Shown piece by piece: positions 12,901-27,755 of a DNA stretch of 64,000 nucleotides. Under the pieces are notes generated by a model, which was given only the letters and a program-made list of their open reading frames with translations, did no database searches and had not been told where the DNA came from. Numbering within the stretch: the first letter of the stretch is position 1; each line of letters opens with the position of its first letter. Made by a program: the position numbers and the translations under genes. The DNA comes from Eledone cirrhosa (lineage: Eukaryota), in assembly GCA_964016885.1 (NCBI GenBank), contig OZ024742.1, positions 263,500,001-263,564,000 of the forward strand, given 5' to 3'.

Positions 12901-15900
12901 AAAGATTATCGCCATCGTAATTACCACCGTCTTCAATTGTAGTCATACATTCTTCACTCTTCTCAAGCATTTCAGCTTCTTTACTAGAAGAAAAGCCAAA
13001 CATTCTCTTTAGGGCATCAACAGCATAAAGAACACTACTTTTGGGAGGTGTGAGTTGAGTCTTCTCCTCTTCTTTGCTGCCTTCAGTCGTCACATGAAGC
13101 ACGTCTTCTCCAGTTGAATCAGATGGCATGCTGTTTACGTGTGTTGACTCAGCAGCCTCATCTTTAGTGTCCTCTCTAAAACTCATTGAAATATTGGAAG
13201 AAATTTCATTCGAATCATTACCAATGGATTGTTCTAATTTTCCATCGTTGTTTAGATTGGTGTTTTCACAAACTGCTTTCTTTAACAATTCTTCGGATAT
13301 ATTCTCTGTGGGAACGGTAATTTCAGGCTCTCTATCTGAAGCTAACAAAACAATTTCTCTGCTGTTTTCGACTTTCTCAGGAAAACCAATTTCCTTAACA
13401 TCATCCTCTATGTTTGTAGTTATCTTATGTTTTGTTGGTTTTTCATAGCTTATTTTCTCATTTCCGCTAGAAGCACTAGTATCTGTTAACGACGTATCTT
13501 CACAGCTTTCACATTGAGGAGAAATATGTTTGTTTTGTTCAGAGTTCAGGATATTTGTTGATTCTGAGGAATTTACAGTCTCTACAATTTCATTAGATTG
13601 AAGTTCAGTTTCATTGATTATTGTTGTTGTTGTAGCTGCTGCTACTGTTGTTGGTGTAGTTGTTATTTCTTTATCAATGCTTGTGACATCATTACCTTCT
13701 TCCTTTTTCTGCTTTGGCAGAGTTGCCTCAACAGCATCTGAAGAAGTGGTGTCTCTCTGTGATAACTTCATTTCTATATCGTCACTTTGTTCCATTGAGC
13801 TGTCATTTTCCGAAGTTGATGCTACGGAAGCATCCGGAAACGAACTGCTTTCCGTTTCTGTTACTTGTTCTATATCCATATCCTTAGTGACAGCCGCAGT
13901 AACAGCTGTGTCCAAACACGGACCTCTCGAGTCCTTCATTGATCGAACGTCAAGAGAAGATGCCACCGCTTCCTGGGTGTCAACTAAACTTTCTTTAGGC
14001 GTGAGATTGTCGTTCTGTTCATGTAATTTAGCAGGGTGGTCAGTCGGGCCTTCACGCGGTGATATATCTACACTGTCGTAAAACTCTAGTTCCTCCTCCT
14101 CCTCCTCCCCTTCCCCAACCTGTTTTTGATGTGTTACCTTTAGTTCTTCCCCCTTATCCATAGTTATCTCTTTCTTTCTCTCTCCAATTACTTCTGATTC
14201 ATTTTCCAAACTTATATTTTCATTCATTTTACCATGCCCCCTATCTAGGTTTTCTTTAACTTTTTCCTCAATCTCATTCCCAGTCTTAAGTTTTTCTATT
14301 ACACCTGTCTGTCTCTCCTCCTTTATGTCAGCTATCGATACTCCTTCCGTTTTTTCTTCTCGCATTTCTTCCGCCTTCTCATCACGGACAATCAGCACTT
14401 CAGTTTTTTCTTCCTTTCTTAATTCTTCTTTTTCTTTAAAAACTTGCTCTTTTCCCGATTTTTCTCCTTTTCCTTTTTTCTCCTTTCTTTTAACCGCAGA
14501 TATTTCTCCAATTTCTCTTGCTTTCATTTTCTTTTCTTTATTACCTTCGATGACTTCAGCATTTACCGAGTTTTTAGCTTTATCAGCCAAAACTCCTTCA
14601 GATTTGATTTCATTCTCTTTTTTATTCTTTTCTTCATCTCCATATTTTTCTTCAACGGCCGACGTTTCGTCAACGACCGACGTTTCTTCAACGGTCGACG
14701 TTTCTTCAACGGCCGACGTTTCTTCAACGGCTAACGTTTCTTCAACGACCGACGTTTCTTCAACGGCTAACGTTTCTTCAACGACCGACGTTTCTTCAAC
14801 GACCGACGTTTCTTCAACGGCTAACGTTTCTTCAATGGCCGACGTTTCTTGCTTCTTAGCTTTCTCTCCGCTTCTTTTTATAACAGGTATTCTTTCAATC
14901 TTTTCTTCTTTATTTTCTCTCTTCTTCTTTTCCTCAATAACAAAAACTTCTTCATTTTTTCTTTCCTTGATGCCCTTCTCCTTATTCCCTTCAATGGCCG
15001 GCGTTGTTTCTTCCCATTTATCTCTCTTCGTTTCATTCTCTCTATTTTCTCCAGAGACAGGAGTTTGTTCACGTATTTTAGATTCTTTCATCCTCACCAC
15101 CGACATATCTTCTAGTTTTCCTTCTCTGTTTTCGAGATTAATTCTGTCAACATTTTCTGCTCTTTCAATATTTCCTTCTTTCTTTTTTACATCAACAACG
15201 TTGTCAGTTGTTCCGGTTTCTTTCTTTTCGACCTTCGTTTCTTCCCTTTTATTATTTTCTGCTTCTTCCTTTCCTTCCTTTTTCATTTTCTCACTTAATT
15301 TCTTCTCTATCTTTTCGTGTTTTTCTTTCTCTTTCCTCTTTAACTTTTCTTGCTTTTCCTTCTCTTTCTTTTCTTTCTTTTCTTGCTTTTCTTTTTCTTT
15401 CTTTTCTTTTTTCTCTCGTTTCTCGTTTTCTTTAATTTCTTTCTTTTCTCTTTTTGCCTTTTCTTCTTTTTCTTTTTTCTCCTTTTTACCTTCAGTCATT
15501 ACTACATTACTATGTTCTTTATCCGTTCTGTCAGTTTCTACAATCAGTTTGGCATCGTTGTCTTTATTCTTTTTTAATTTATCACCAATTTCATTAGAAG
15601 TGCCATCTTTATCACATGTCGATGTTTCCTTGACAACCAACTGACAGCTTCTGGTCGTTTCCGATGATTCATTGCTATCTCTCTCTGTCAACTTCTCTTT
15701 ATGTCTAGATATTTCAATCTCCTCTGAACTCATTTGGTCTTTAACCGTTTCCTTAGCATTACCACAATTATTAAAATCTTTCACATTTGTCGGTGATAGC
15801 AAAGAACCGTTTGAGGCCTTATCAGGTGTTATTTTCGAAGCACCCATTCGTTGGTTGTTATCTAAGCAAACAGACATGTCTTTTTTGTTGATATTAAGTT

Positions 15901-18900
15901 CACCATCATCAGTAAGTTCTTTAGAATCTTTTTTCAATTTGCAGCCTAAATTTGCATCCTGTTCTTTGAACTGATTACCCTCGATTAATGTGTCTGAAAT
16001 AGATTTCTTTTGTGTTTGCTCAACTAAGGAACATTCATATTCATGTTTCTGTTGACTCTCTACAGATTCCAACAGAGTTTCTTCAAGATCGTGATAAAGC
16101 ACATGTTCAGGTTCTAGTGACATATCTGCAAGAACTTCTTGGACAATATCTACGGGTTCGGATAAAGCATTCACTAGATCATCAGGTAACGTATTCGCAA
16201 GTTTCACAAAGCTTTCAATTTCATTTACGGACGCAACATCAAGTGTTTCTATCGGAATGCCCTCTGATCTAGAATATTCCACAGTGGTGATCTCTGTGAT
16301 GTTTTCATTATGTTCTATGTCAACCAAATCCACCATATCCGTGCAATACTCTACTTTACAGCCATTTGAAAGGCTCAAACAATCGATCAAGTTTCTATCC
16401 AAGTCTTTGAAATGAGCTCTCTTCACGTCTGTAACAATTGTACTGACTTCTTCATATTGCAGAGATCCGGTAGATTCTGTGGAATATAGTTCTTCTGCAG
16501 GTTTTCTACATGTTTCTACAGTGACTTTAGTCTCATCAGAAATATCTCCCTTTCCTTCATCCACAGTATCTCTTTGTTCTGTTGGTGTACTACATGGTTC
16601 TTCAGTGACTTTAGTCTCATCAGAAATATCTCCCTTTCCTTCATCCACAGTATCTCTTTGTTCTGTTAGTGTACTACATGGTTCTACAGTGACTTTAGTC
16701 TCATCAGAAATATCTCCCTTTCCTTCATCCACAGTATCTCTTTGTTCTGTTGGTGTACTACATGTTTCTTTAGTGACTTTAGTCTCATCAGAAATATCTC
16801 CCTTTCCTTCATCCACAGTATCTCTTTGTTCTGTTGATGTACTACATGTTTCTACAGTGACTTTAGTCTCATCAGAAATATCTCCCTTTCCTTCATCCAC
16901 AGTATCTCTTTGTTCTGTTGGTGTACTACATGTTTCTTTAGTGACTTTAGTCTCATCAGAAATATCTCCCTTTCCTTCATCCACAGTATCTCTTTGTTCT
17001 GTTGGTGTACTACATGTTTCTTTAGTGACTTTAGTCTCATCAGAAATATCTCCCTTTCCTTCATCCACAGTATCTCTTTGTTCTGTTGGTGTACTACATG
17101 TTTCTTTAGTGACTTTAGTCTCATCAGAAATATCTCCCTTTCCTTCATCCACAGTATCTCTTTGTTCTGTTGATGTACTACATGTTCCTACAGTGACTTT
17201 AGTCTCATCAGAAATATCTCCCTTTCCTTCATCCACAGTATCTCTTTGTTCTGTTGGTGTACTACATGTTTCTACAGTGACTTTAGTCTCATCAGAAATA
17301 TCTCCCTTTCCTTCATCCACAGTATCTCTTTGTTCTGTTGGTGTACTACATGGTTCTTCAGTGACTTTAGTCTCATCAGAAATATCTCCCTTTCCTTCAT
17401 CCACAGTATCTCTTTGTTCTGTTGGTGTACTACATGTTTCTACAGTGACTTTAGTCTCATCAGAAATATCTCCCTTTCCTTCATCCACAGTATCTCTTTG
17501 TTCTGTTAGTGTACTACATGGTTCTTCAGTGACTTTAGTCTCATCAGAAATATCTCCCTTTCCTTCATCCACAGTATCTCTTTGTTCTGTTGGTGTACTA
17601 CATGTTTCTACAGTGACTTTAGTCTCATCAGAAATATCTCCCTTTCCTTCATCCACAGTATCTCTTTGTTCTGTTAGTGTACTACATGTTTCTTTAGTGA
17701 CTTTAGTCTCATCAGAAATATCTCCCTTTCCTTCATCCACAGTATCTCTTTGTTCTGTTAGTGTACTACATGGTTCTACAGTGACTTTAGTCTCATCAGA
17801 AATATCTCCCTTTCCTTCATCCACAGTATCTCTTTGTTCTGTTGGTGTACTACATGTTTCTACAGTGACTTTAGTCTCATCAGAAATATCTCCCGTTCCT
17901 TCATCCACAGTATCTCTTTGTTCTGTTGGTGTACTACATGTTTCTTTAGTGACTTTAGTCTCATCAGAAATATCTCCCTTTCCTTCATCCACAGTATCTC
18001 TTTGTTCTGTTAGTGTACTACAGGGTTCTTCAGTGACTTTAGTCTCATCAGAAATATCTCCCTTTCCTTCATCCACAGTATCTCTTTGTTCTGTTGGTGT
18101 ACTACATGTTTCTTTAGTGACTTTAGTCTCATCAGAAATATCTCCCTTTCCTTCATCCACAGTATCTGCTTTTTCTGTTAGTGTACTAAACTCTGTGTCA
18201 TCGGCAGTATGTATAACCTCCTTATCTATAATTTCTGTTAATTTTGTTAAACTATTGTTTGGCTCAATTACTGATTCTTTGGGTGTTTCTAACGTGTTAG
18301 CATCCAGAACATGTACAGATTCTAGGAGGATTCCTGACTCATTGTTTGTTTCAATGAACATTTCGGTTGATGGTTTGTAACAGACATCATCGGGACAAAT
18401 CGAGATCTCCCTCTCCTTAAAATCTTTCTCTACAACCTCTGTAGCTCTCGTCTGAATATCTTCCAGTAGGTCATTCAAAGGTGTCATGTCCTCCGCTAGA
18501 TCTCTGCATTGGAAGTTAACAGGGTCAATAAGAGTTTCTCCAGCATTTGTTTGTAAAATTTTATCAGGTTCAGTAGAAACATCAGCTACGTTCTTATAGA
18601 CAGTTTCTTCTGACATAATTCTATCTTCTATAGACTGAGTGTTTAGAACCTCTAATGATTCCGTTACACTCTCCACGGCATATTTACATAAATTTTCAAC
18701 AATTTGGGCTTCCTTATTTTCAGTTCGGACCTCCGATTCCGAGCCCTCATTCCCTTGTTCATTGTTCAGCTTGTCGATATTTGCCTCTACACAACTTTCT
18801 CTCTCTATATTCGAGAAGCCCCTGTTATTCTGCTCTTTTCCATTTAATTCTACATTCTTCATCTTTTTTGTTAATGAGCTGAAATCGACTTCTTCACTTT

Positions 18901-21900
18901 GCAACAAGCTATTTTCATATTCCTGTAACTTATTATTTATTGACTTTTCATCTTTGTCAGAGGCTATTTCGAATGAAGTTTCTTCTTCGTCCCTTATTTC
19001 AGCGACAGTCCCGTTTGACGTAGTGTCACACTCTGTTGCCTGATCAAGCTCTCTATCTTCTACATTAATGTTATTTTGCTTAATCTCCTGGCAAGATGTA
19101 TTTGCGAAATTTTCATTTTGTATTTTCGAAATCCCCCAGTTTTCTTTTAAATTGGAATCGGTTCCCGGTTTTTTTTCCTCGGTGTTATCATTGGCACTAT
19201 TTTGATTGTTGATGTTTAAGTTTTCGATTTCTGTCCCCTCCTCATTAATTTCTGGACGAGTAGGAGCGACGTCATTTTTGTTGTCTGCTATGTCATATAC
19301 TCGGTTGTCTGTTTTCTTTAAATTCGATTCCCATTGTTCCTCGCTCACCTTTTCTCTCACTCGACTTCCAGAACACGGCAAACTTTCTTTGCATTTGTCT
19401 TTGTTTTTATCTTCAATTGATCCGTTTCTTCTGCAAAGATATGAAGCTTCCTGGATTTCTGATATTTTTACCTCAGCCGTCATATTTCTGTTTCTCGACT
19501 TTTTAGAGTCTTCAGTTTTAAACGGCGTTGCTCCTTTCTCTGTTTTTATGAATGTCAATCCCTCGCTATCGATCTGTTTTTCTAAGGATTTCACATCATC
19601 TTTTGCTCCAGTTTCTTCATTTAAACTTTCGCCACATACAATATCTGATGAAGTAACATTTGATCTCTCAGTGGAAATGACATCACGATCCTTCTCCTTT
19701 GTAGATACAGAGTCTCTAGCATTTACTTTATTATTAGCATCACTGATTATTACAGAATTATCACCATTGTGTTTACTAGTTTTATTCTTTGACTTGTGTT
19801 TAGCTTTCTTCTCCTTGGATTTGCTTTTCGCATCTAAAACACTAACATTATCTTTTGTATCTTCAGAATACTTGTTGACATCAGGTTTCAAGTCGAACGA
19901 AACCCTTTTTTTTATAGTAACAGCTGCAGATCTTGAGAGCTTTGTTTTGCCAACACTACCAAATGACGACTCATCCGATGATGATGTGGTATCACATTTG
20001 GCCTTATCTCGACCTTTAATCTGATTTAACGAGCTATAATCAACGATGGCTTTGTTATCCTTATCACTCAACGCAATAGAATTATCTTCTTTCATGTCAT
20101 CCTTATTCATAATTTTATAATTATTTACAGACGGAGAAATCTCATTTGTTGTCTTTTTGATGTTATCATCTTTAACTGGTGGTGACTTAATTTTTTTATG
20201 GCAGGCGTTATCAAAAGTTCTGCTGCCGGCAGCAACTTTCTTTTCAACCACATTAGATTGACTAAGTAGATGAGATTCATCTTCTAAAGTATTATCTTTT
20301 CTATAGCATCCCTCGGTGTTTGTATCTAATTTACAGATAATTTTACTTTTAGAGTCGGTTAAATTATTGAAACCGTCACTCTCAGCAGATTCTGTTGTAC
20401 TGCTCCCAGCAGATCTTTCAATTGAAGCCTTAGTTGGAATATCAGCACCACTGAACGTAGAAGAGCTCTCCTCGCTGCTAAGGGTTTCATTGCTCCTCAA
20501 CTTTTTATTCACATTATTTTTCTTCTTATTTCTCTTCTGTTCCGATTTGCGATTCTGTTTCAGCTGGGATTTCTCTCCAATTTTCATGTCTTTGTCAAAT
20601 TTTGCTTTATTTTGTTCTGGGACGATCTCATCAGAATCTTCTTGCTTATCTGCCTTGACTCTTACATCTATTTCTTTTAGTTGATCGGAAACAAGATCGA
20701 TATCTACACGTTTTGAACTTTTACAATATTTTCTGATTATTTTGGGCTGGTTTGGCTCCTTGCATTTATTTTCTTTCTCTTCTCTGCTCTGAACAATTTC
20801 ACTTTTGCTCCGGGAAATCTCAATGGCGTTAATATTTTCGCTGTTATTGCTATTTTTGGCAGCTCTCGTTTTAGCTGAAATTCCATCACTGGAAGCTCCG
20901 AGATCATACTCACTAGACTTACCATTTTTGTTGTTGGAAACCTCCTCAGATGTTATCGAAGCATCACCTGAAATTTCAGTTCTTGCACTAAATATTTCAG
21001 ATCTACAATGTTTTAAATCATACTTGTTATCTAAATTTCTTTCACTTGCAGTAGTGTTTAATTTAACATTAATTTCCTCATCTGAACTAACTTTAATTGG
21101 GAGTTTGGGTATATCATCAGTTCTGTTAGCCGTGTCATTGTCAAAAATGTTATCATGAATGTCTCTTGAACCCATGAATTCTTTCTCACCTTGATCTCTG
21201 GCCGTAATGACAACGTTGGTTTTACGATTACTTTCAGTATGATTATCAAAGCTCTCTTTCTTTGCAACAACGTCTGAATCACTATGAAGACGATTCGTTC
21301 TGGTTATAGTCTTGTCAGCCTTGTTTGCAGCCTCTGCATCAGTCTTATCCTTAATGATACTTGTGATATCAATCTTAGAGTCCTCACTGGATATATTTTC
21401 GGAAACAAAACGAAGCTTGAAATCTGTATTGTCACCGTCTTTCATTTTATCTTCACTATGTGACTTAGGCCACTTTTCGTTATTCAAATCTACTTTGAAG
21501 TTATCTGTAACGTTCTTGTTCGTTTTAGTACTGTATTCATTGCTGGACTCAAGATTGCTGATCTTGCTATCGAATTGGTGTCTTATGAAGGAAGTGTTAT
21601 CAAACTCAGTTTCACTATTAGACTCACTGCTAGGGAGACTGTTGACATCAGGACTGCTGGACTCACCGCTGAGTTCTGCACAGCTGGATTCACTGGTGAC
21701 ATCTAGGCTGCATTCACTACTGAGTTCGGGGCTGGACTCAATGCTGCGATCTGTATTTGTATCATTGCTCGGCTCACTGTCAGACTTAACACTTAAGATA
21801 GTTTCAAGTTCCTTCTTGTCGATTATACTGGCTTGGGCGCTGGATTCAGAGTTGGATTCACTGTTAAGTTCAGGGCTAGATTCAATTTTGACTTCAGTGC

Positions 21901-24900
21901 TACACTCACTGCTGAGTTCAGTACTGGACTCACTGCTGAGTTCAGGACTAGACTCAGTGCTGTGCTTAGAGTTAATCTTTTTACTCAATTTATTGTCAAC
22001 ATCGCTATCGACCTCAGAGTGATCATGAAGCTCTTTTTTCAGTGGAGTATCAAGTTTACTACCGGTATGCCTAGTGGGTTCATTGTCAAAGATATCTTTT
22101 GACTCAATAAAGGAACTATGCTTTGTTTTAACATTCTCCTTTGCTAGTGTCACTTCTGTCCTTCTATCTAAGCTATTAGATACAGATGTAGCAGCATCTT
22201 TGTTGATATTCTGACCCACATTGCCTCCACTTGCAAGATTTAGCTTTTCACTAAGAAGTCGTAAAATCTCTTGCATGCTGACATAACCCAATGGTTGACC
22301 ACTCGCATCGTAGATCTGAGTCATTTCACTCACAGACTTAGCAGCTTTTTCCTCCTGGATTTGTTTCCCCTTTTCACGATCACCCTTCCTTCTACTTTCT
22401 TCCTTTTTATCTTCAGGCCTATCAAATTTCACTCCGACATTTTCGTTTCCTGTACGTTTTGTTTTCTTTGTATGTGAAAACTGGTTCTTGGTTACTTCTT
22501 CGTATGTACTACTACCAGCATGTTGTGTGTAAGAATCAGACTTTTCCTTTACAGACTTCTTCCTAGATCTTTCGCCTTTTTCACTTTTAGGTTGTTTTAA
22601 AGAATTGATCTTTTTATCGTCCTCTACTGTCTTTTTCAAATTCGATCGCTTTTCTGCCGATATTAAAGCTGTTTCAGAATCAATGATGGTCTTGGATTGG
22701 TCCTTATTGATATCTTTATATCGGTTCTGATCTGATTTAATCATTTTTTCCATCTTATTTTCGTCGAGAACCTTTGTTTTGTAGACATTCGATTTCTCAT
22801 GTCCGCAAATCTCTGCTTCTGCTTCAATTTGTGGAAAAGATAATATAGCATCTTTCCTGATATTATCTGTTGATTGATCCCTAGAGAATTGCTCACTGTG
22901 TATCTCAATATCACTATATTGTTGCTCATGTTTTACTGCATTGTTTCTCATAGCTGGAACATCTTTTATTGTGGTTGAGTCTTCCACCAAATGTCTTGCT
23001 TCTTTCTTTGGAATGTTCTCTTTGGTATATTTTGAAATATATTCGGTGGACTTTTCGGATGGTCTGATTTCTTTGTGTTTAGCACTCAGTAATCTTACAC
23101 CCATATCATCTTTATCTCTTTCCGGAGGTGGCTCTTCTGCACTATCTCTACCATGTTTATGCACGCAAAATCCTTTCCTATCTTCAGAAGAGATTTGCAT
23201 ATCTTCTGCTGTTTTCATGGGTTGCTTTACAGTTTTGATAATTTCTTTCTGGAATAATTCCGAAGAATTGGCAATATTACAAGAAGAAATAGTTTCAGTT
23301 GTTGTTGTTGTTATGGTACGAGAGCTTGACAAAACATTAGCTGGCATTGTATTTGAATTATTGATTTCACAGCTTTCTTTGTTTACATCTTCAACATCTT
23401 CCGATAGTTTTACTGATTTGCGTATTTGGTTCAGTCTATCTGGTAATTCTAGTGATGCGCTTTTGCCAGAACTGTTTCTATCGAAATTCATTTTATCACC
23501 CAAATTATTCGATGTTAACACAGCAATATCTGATCTTCTTTTTATTTCTTCGACATCATCGGTTTTTGTGAGAACTTGGCTGTAATCTGTTCTCTTGATC
23601 CATTCAGCACCACTTCCTGTCATGAAAGGAGTCTTGAATGCTTGAGTTACTCGTGTGGCTTGTTCAGGCAAATTGTGGAACTGCTCCGGTGAAACATTAC
23701 GTTTGCTGGAAAATATATTAGAAGTACTTGAAATAGAGTCTTCAGTGCGACGATTGGTTTTGATTTGGCTTAAGTGATCTGAAGATGTTGTAATCGACTT
23801 TTGTGTAGTTTCATATCTATTTTCCACACTACATTCTTCTTTTATTTGTTCATGGTTATCTGGAGCGAGTTCTATGCTGTCATAGAACTCTAAATCTGTG
23901 TTATCTCCATCTGAACTGGTTGTGGCTTTATCTGTAGCTTCTTCGATATCAAAAAACTCATTGTCATCATCATCGTCATCGTCGCCATCATCATTATCCT
24001 TATCATTATAATCATTGATAGTACTATATGGAAACACAGTTTTTAGTTTATCTTCTCTAATGTGAAGTTTCTCTTCGGTCATATTTCCATGCATCCCTTT
24101 AGCGTGCCCCGATAATTTCTCCTCATTTCTGGCTTCATATCGAACTTGCGGAACCTGAACTATAGCAGGCCTTGGCAGAATGATATCTTTGTTAGCCATC
24201 TCCTCTTTACTGATACGGCTATTACTGCCGACAGTTACCGTTTCTGACACGGGCCTTTGATGCAAAGAAATAGATTTTGGGGAAGGAGTCCTTTTGTTTT
24301 GTTGGTATAAGTAGTTGGATTCCAATTGACGACTGTTTGAGTGTAAATTCGTGTTAAACTTTTGGCTACAAGTTGTTTGCTTTACAGAGTTTTCTCCCGA
24401 GAAGGCACTCTCCCGAGAGCTTTCAATACCAAAGTGTTTCCCAAAAGGATAGTTCTGGTTATCATTCAACCTAGATGAGAGATCTTGTGTCATAGGATCT
24501 TTCGGTTTCCTTTCCAAAAAGTTTGAAATGGTTTTATGCGTCTGAGAATCTTTAACTCTGTCCGGTTCCGTATAAGACGGAATGTTATCGTTTAAATGTT
24601 CAGTTTTCAGATCTTCAAAGTCTTGTATATTTGAATCGTGCGTATGTCCTAGTGGTGACATTCCTACAATGCTACTTCCTACCACAACAACCGACCTGTT
24701 CTTTGTGGCTTTTGGTCCAGACAAGATTGGAAGAAACATTCTACCGTGTTTATCTTCTAGAGATTTCCGCTCTTGTAAACTTTCGTTGTATCTATCCTCA
24801 ACAACAGTGTTGTCTTTATGACTTTTGCTTGTAGATTGGAATTGAGAGGATGAACTTTTATTAGATCTACTTGGAAATGAAAAACCAAACAACCCACGAC

Positions 24901-26311
24901 TGCTTTTACCAGTATTCTTCGGTTTAGAACCAGAAATATCTTCTGTAATGTAAGATGTTTGATTAATATGTGTCTTTTGCGATGTTGTTGCAATTTCATC
25001 GTTTTTCTTAGAATGTAAGTTAATTCCCATGAACGGTAATGATATTCTGTTGGTCACTTTAGAGTCTTTGTTAATCTTTTCCGAGGTTAAGCTACGTCTC
25101 ATGTTATTTTCAGAAACATGTGCATCCATATCTGCCGAAATTGTGCGGCCGTGCATATTGTTTTCCACAAAGGCAGTTTCACTTCTGGAAGATATGCTTG
25201 GTTGTTGCGAATATGTTTTCCGTTGACTTTGAGAAGACGCCGGAGTAACATCACCGTCCGGTTTATCATAGGGAATAGCATTAGCAAAGTGTCCTATGGT
25301 ACTTTTCTTATCTTGAAAGCCCATACTTTTCACTCTGCGCACATTAACCTTCTGTCTATCATTTCCACAATTTGACAATGTTGATGTCGATATTATACTG
25401 ACTCTGTCTTCATTGGGGGCAGTTTGTGATAGGGTTGAGTTGCTTCCATAATTCCTTCTACTAATGCTGGATGTGTAAGAAAAATTACTCACACTATCGC
25501 GATCAAATTCGGAATCAGTGCTGCAGTAAGTCCTATTGCTTTCTTCGTCAGTTTGCCGGATGTCGTCCACACCACTGTCTCTGTCTCGTTTCTCACGTTT
25601 GTGAAACAAGGAATAAATACCTTTTTTGATTTTTTTACCCAAACTTTTGATATTTTTCTTTTTCTTTTTCTGATCGTCTGTATTAGAATCTTCATTGTTC
25701 TGTGAAGAAGCTGTGCTAAGCATAGAACTTTCCATGTCATCAATATGTCCGCTATCTGCAGCCGACCAAGAGCCCTCGTCACTACTGAGTGCATGTTCAT
25801 GCATACTGGCACGACTGTTACTTTGAGAACGAGGCAATCTAATGGCAAAAGGAGACCTTCGATAATCTGTGTTAATAATTGGTTTTTCAAATGTATTCCG
25901 ATTTTCCCCAGATACAGGAAAACTAGTTTCTTTAATCAAACTCTTGATTGTTTTCATGTCTGAATGTTTATGTACTCTGAACAATGGGCTATGATGTTCC
26001 GAATATGTGTCACTTTCCGTGACCTTACGTCGAGGTAACGTACCGAATATAGTTCCTCTCTGCTCGCTAGATTTCACTTCTTCTTGAAATCGCGATGATC
26101 TGTTGCCAAATATGCCACTCCTTATTTTCTGCCTATAATTAACTGGAGATTGTGGAGCTGGTATTTTACTCTCGTCTGTTTTATCCCTCTTCGTTCGTGG
26201 GAATGTTCCGATAAACGGTAATCTCATCACATCCCCTCTGTTATTCTCCATGCTAGCTGTTCGACTGACTTCGACACGACTAGTAGCTGCCCTACTCTCT
26301 GCCCTATCCAT
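3995..26311 (-). CDS. Giant coding exon (7439 codons) of an unidentified very large, acidic, mostly disordered protein; gene continues downstream
   Basis: Uninterrupted ORF 3974-26311. Polypyrimidine tract + CAG acceptor ends at 26389 (exon starts 26388). ATG at 26311 has an in-frame TAA two codons upstream and an aatATGG context. A GTGAGT donor at 3994 is phase 0 (..SAKI|VSICFS*), so the last 6 ORF codons are probably intronic. No globular domain recognised. Confidence 0.88.
5138..5300 (-). repeat. Coding 33-bp repeat (EPRKVSDTVAL) x ~4-5
   Basis: gcgacagtatcgctaactttccttggttccg units. Confidence 0.9.
14650..14850 (-). repeat. Coding 18-bp repeat (A/V-V-E-E-T-S/L) x ~11
   Basis: gacgtttcttcaacggcc-type units visible directly. 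Confidence 0.9.
16500..18190 (-). repeat. Coding minisatellite, 84 bp x ~20 (28-aa unit TVDEGKGDISDETKVT[KVE]E[TP]CST[PLS]TEQRD)
   Basis: Near-identical 84-bp units in frame within the giant exon; variation limited to a few positions. Confidence 0.95.
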
Positions 26312-27668
26312 ATTTTACCTTTATGATTTCCTGCCGTCACCTGTTTCCCGTGCCTTAAACTGACGACCAAAATGTCATAGTTCGTTGACTGAAGGAAAAA
26401 AAAAAACAAAAAACATTAATGTAGTTATTTTTGAAATGTGTTAGGAGGGGGAAGAGGTTAGATTTTTGTTTTTGTTTTCTATTATAATTATCAACGTTGT
26501 TATTTTAGTCTATATTTGTGGTTTATAACTGGGAAATGTTTGCTAAACGTTTTTTTGTGAAAGTTTTGATGTTATTGGCTGTAAAATTATCTTTTTATGT
26601 GTGTACTGAAATGTGAATTTTGAAAAGATTTCAATGAAATTATTCTACATATATTTTCAGTGTTCGTGGTTAAATATCTAGTTGAAAACTAGGAACTACT
26701 TGAAGAAGAAAAACTGATGTACTTGCAGTTCTGTTGATAATATTCTATGATTCATTTACATTGTTCAGCCATTCTATTGTGGCCATGCCGGGACACCGCC
26801 TTCAAATGTATAGGCGAGCATATTCACCCCAGTGCTTGACTGGTGTACTTATTTTATCGACCTCGGAAAAAATGAAAGGCAGTGTTGCCTTGATTAGGAA
26901 CGTAAAGGAACGCAACCCCTCCTTGCGCCATCAGGTCTTCGAATGACCCTTGAAATGCCACCACTTACACCACTACAATTGATTTTGGGTAAGTCTCATC
27001 TAGTGGTGTATCTACTGGTTGCCCATCCACTCTTTTAGAAGATGGTGTCTTGTAAAAATACCTAAATGAAAGTGTCAGGAAAGTCCCCTTGTATTCTCTC
27101 ACGAAAATTCCATGACAAACTCATATATTTAGAACCAAACACCACAAGGTCCGATGCTTTACCCATTCTGCCACCAACAAAATGACAAATAAGGGAGAGT
27201 CAAGCGTATTTCTTGATAATATATATAAGGTTGAAAGAGGTCTTCGACCGAAAGACATCGGTTGATAAATCATAGTGATTTATCAGAAGTTTATAAATAA
27301 CTATATTACCATGATTGTTCAACGAATGTGTGGAACAAAGCCACACAATACATTCGATTTACTTGTCACGTCGACTAAAATAGAACTGCTCCCACCAACT
27401 CCAATATAAAATATAAATTCCATTGACTTAGTCCCTTTTTTTCTCTAGTCTTAAAATATTTCTTTTATTTCTGCAAAATAAAACAAATATCGATTTATGT
27501 AATAGAATCCTATTGATAAGGATGGCGAGGGAGAATGACTCTCGCTGCTTGCACTCACACAGACATACAGACACACAAAGACATACAGACACACACAGAC
27601 ACATGCATTCTTTTAGCTTTCACATGATAGACTGCGATCATGTTGGGGATCCGTCTTCTACACCCCAC

Positions 27669-27724
<56 letters not shown>

Positions 27725-27755
27725 GTTAATACCTATATAAACACACACACACGCT

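Noticed and set aside
16500-18190. 84-bp array as CRISPR
   Set aside because: Head-to-tail coding repeat with no spacers.
4178-25963. Plus-strand ORFs up to 633 aa overlapping the giant exon
   Set aside because: Antisense shadows of a repetitive, compositionally biased coding strand.
3995-26311. Naming the gene (titin, ankyrin, MAP/futsch, mucin)
   Set aside because: No diagnostic domain in the window; similarity would be compositional only.
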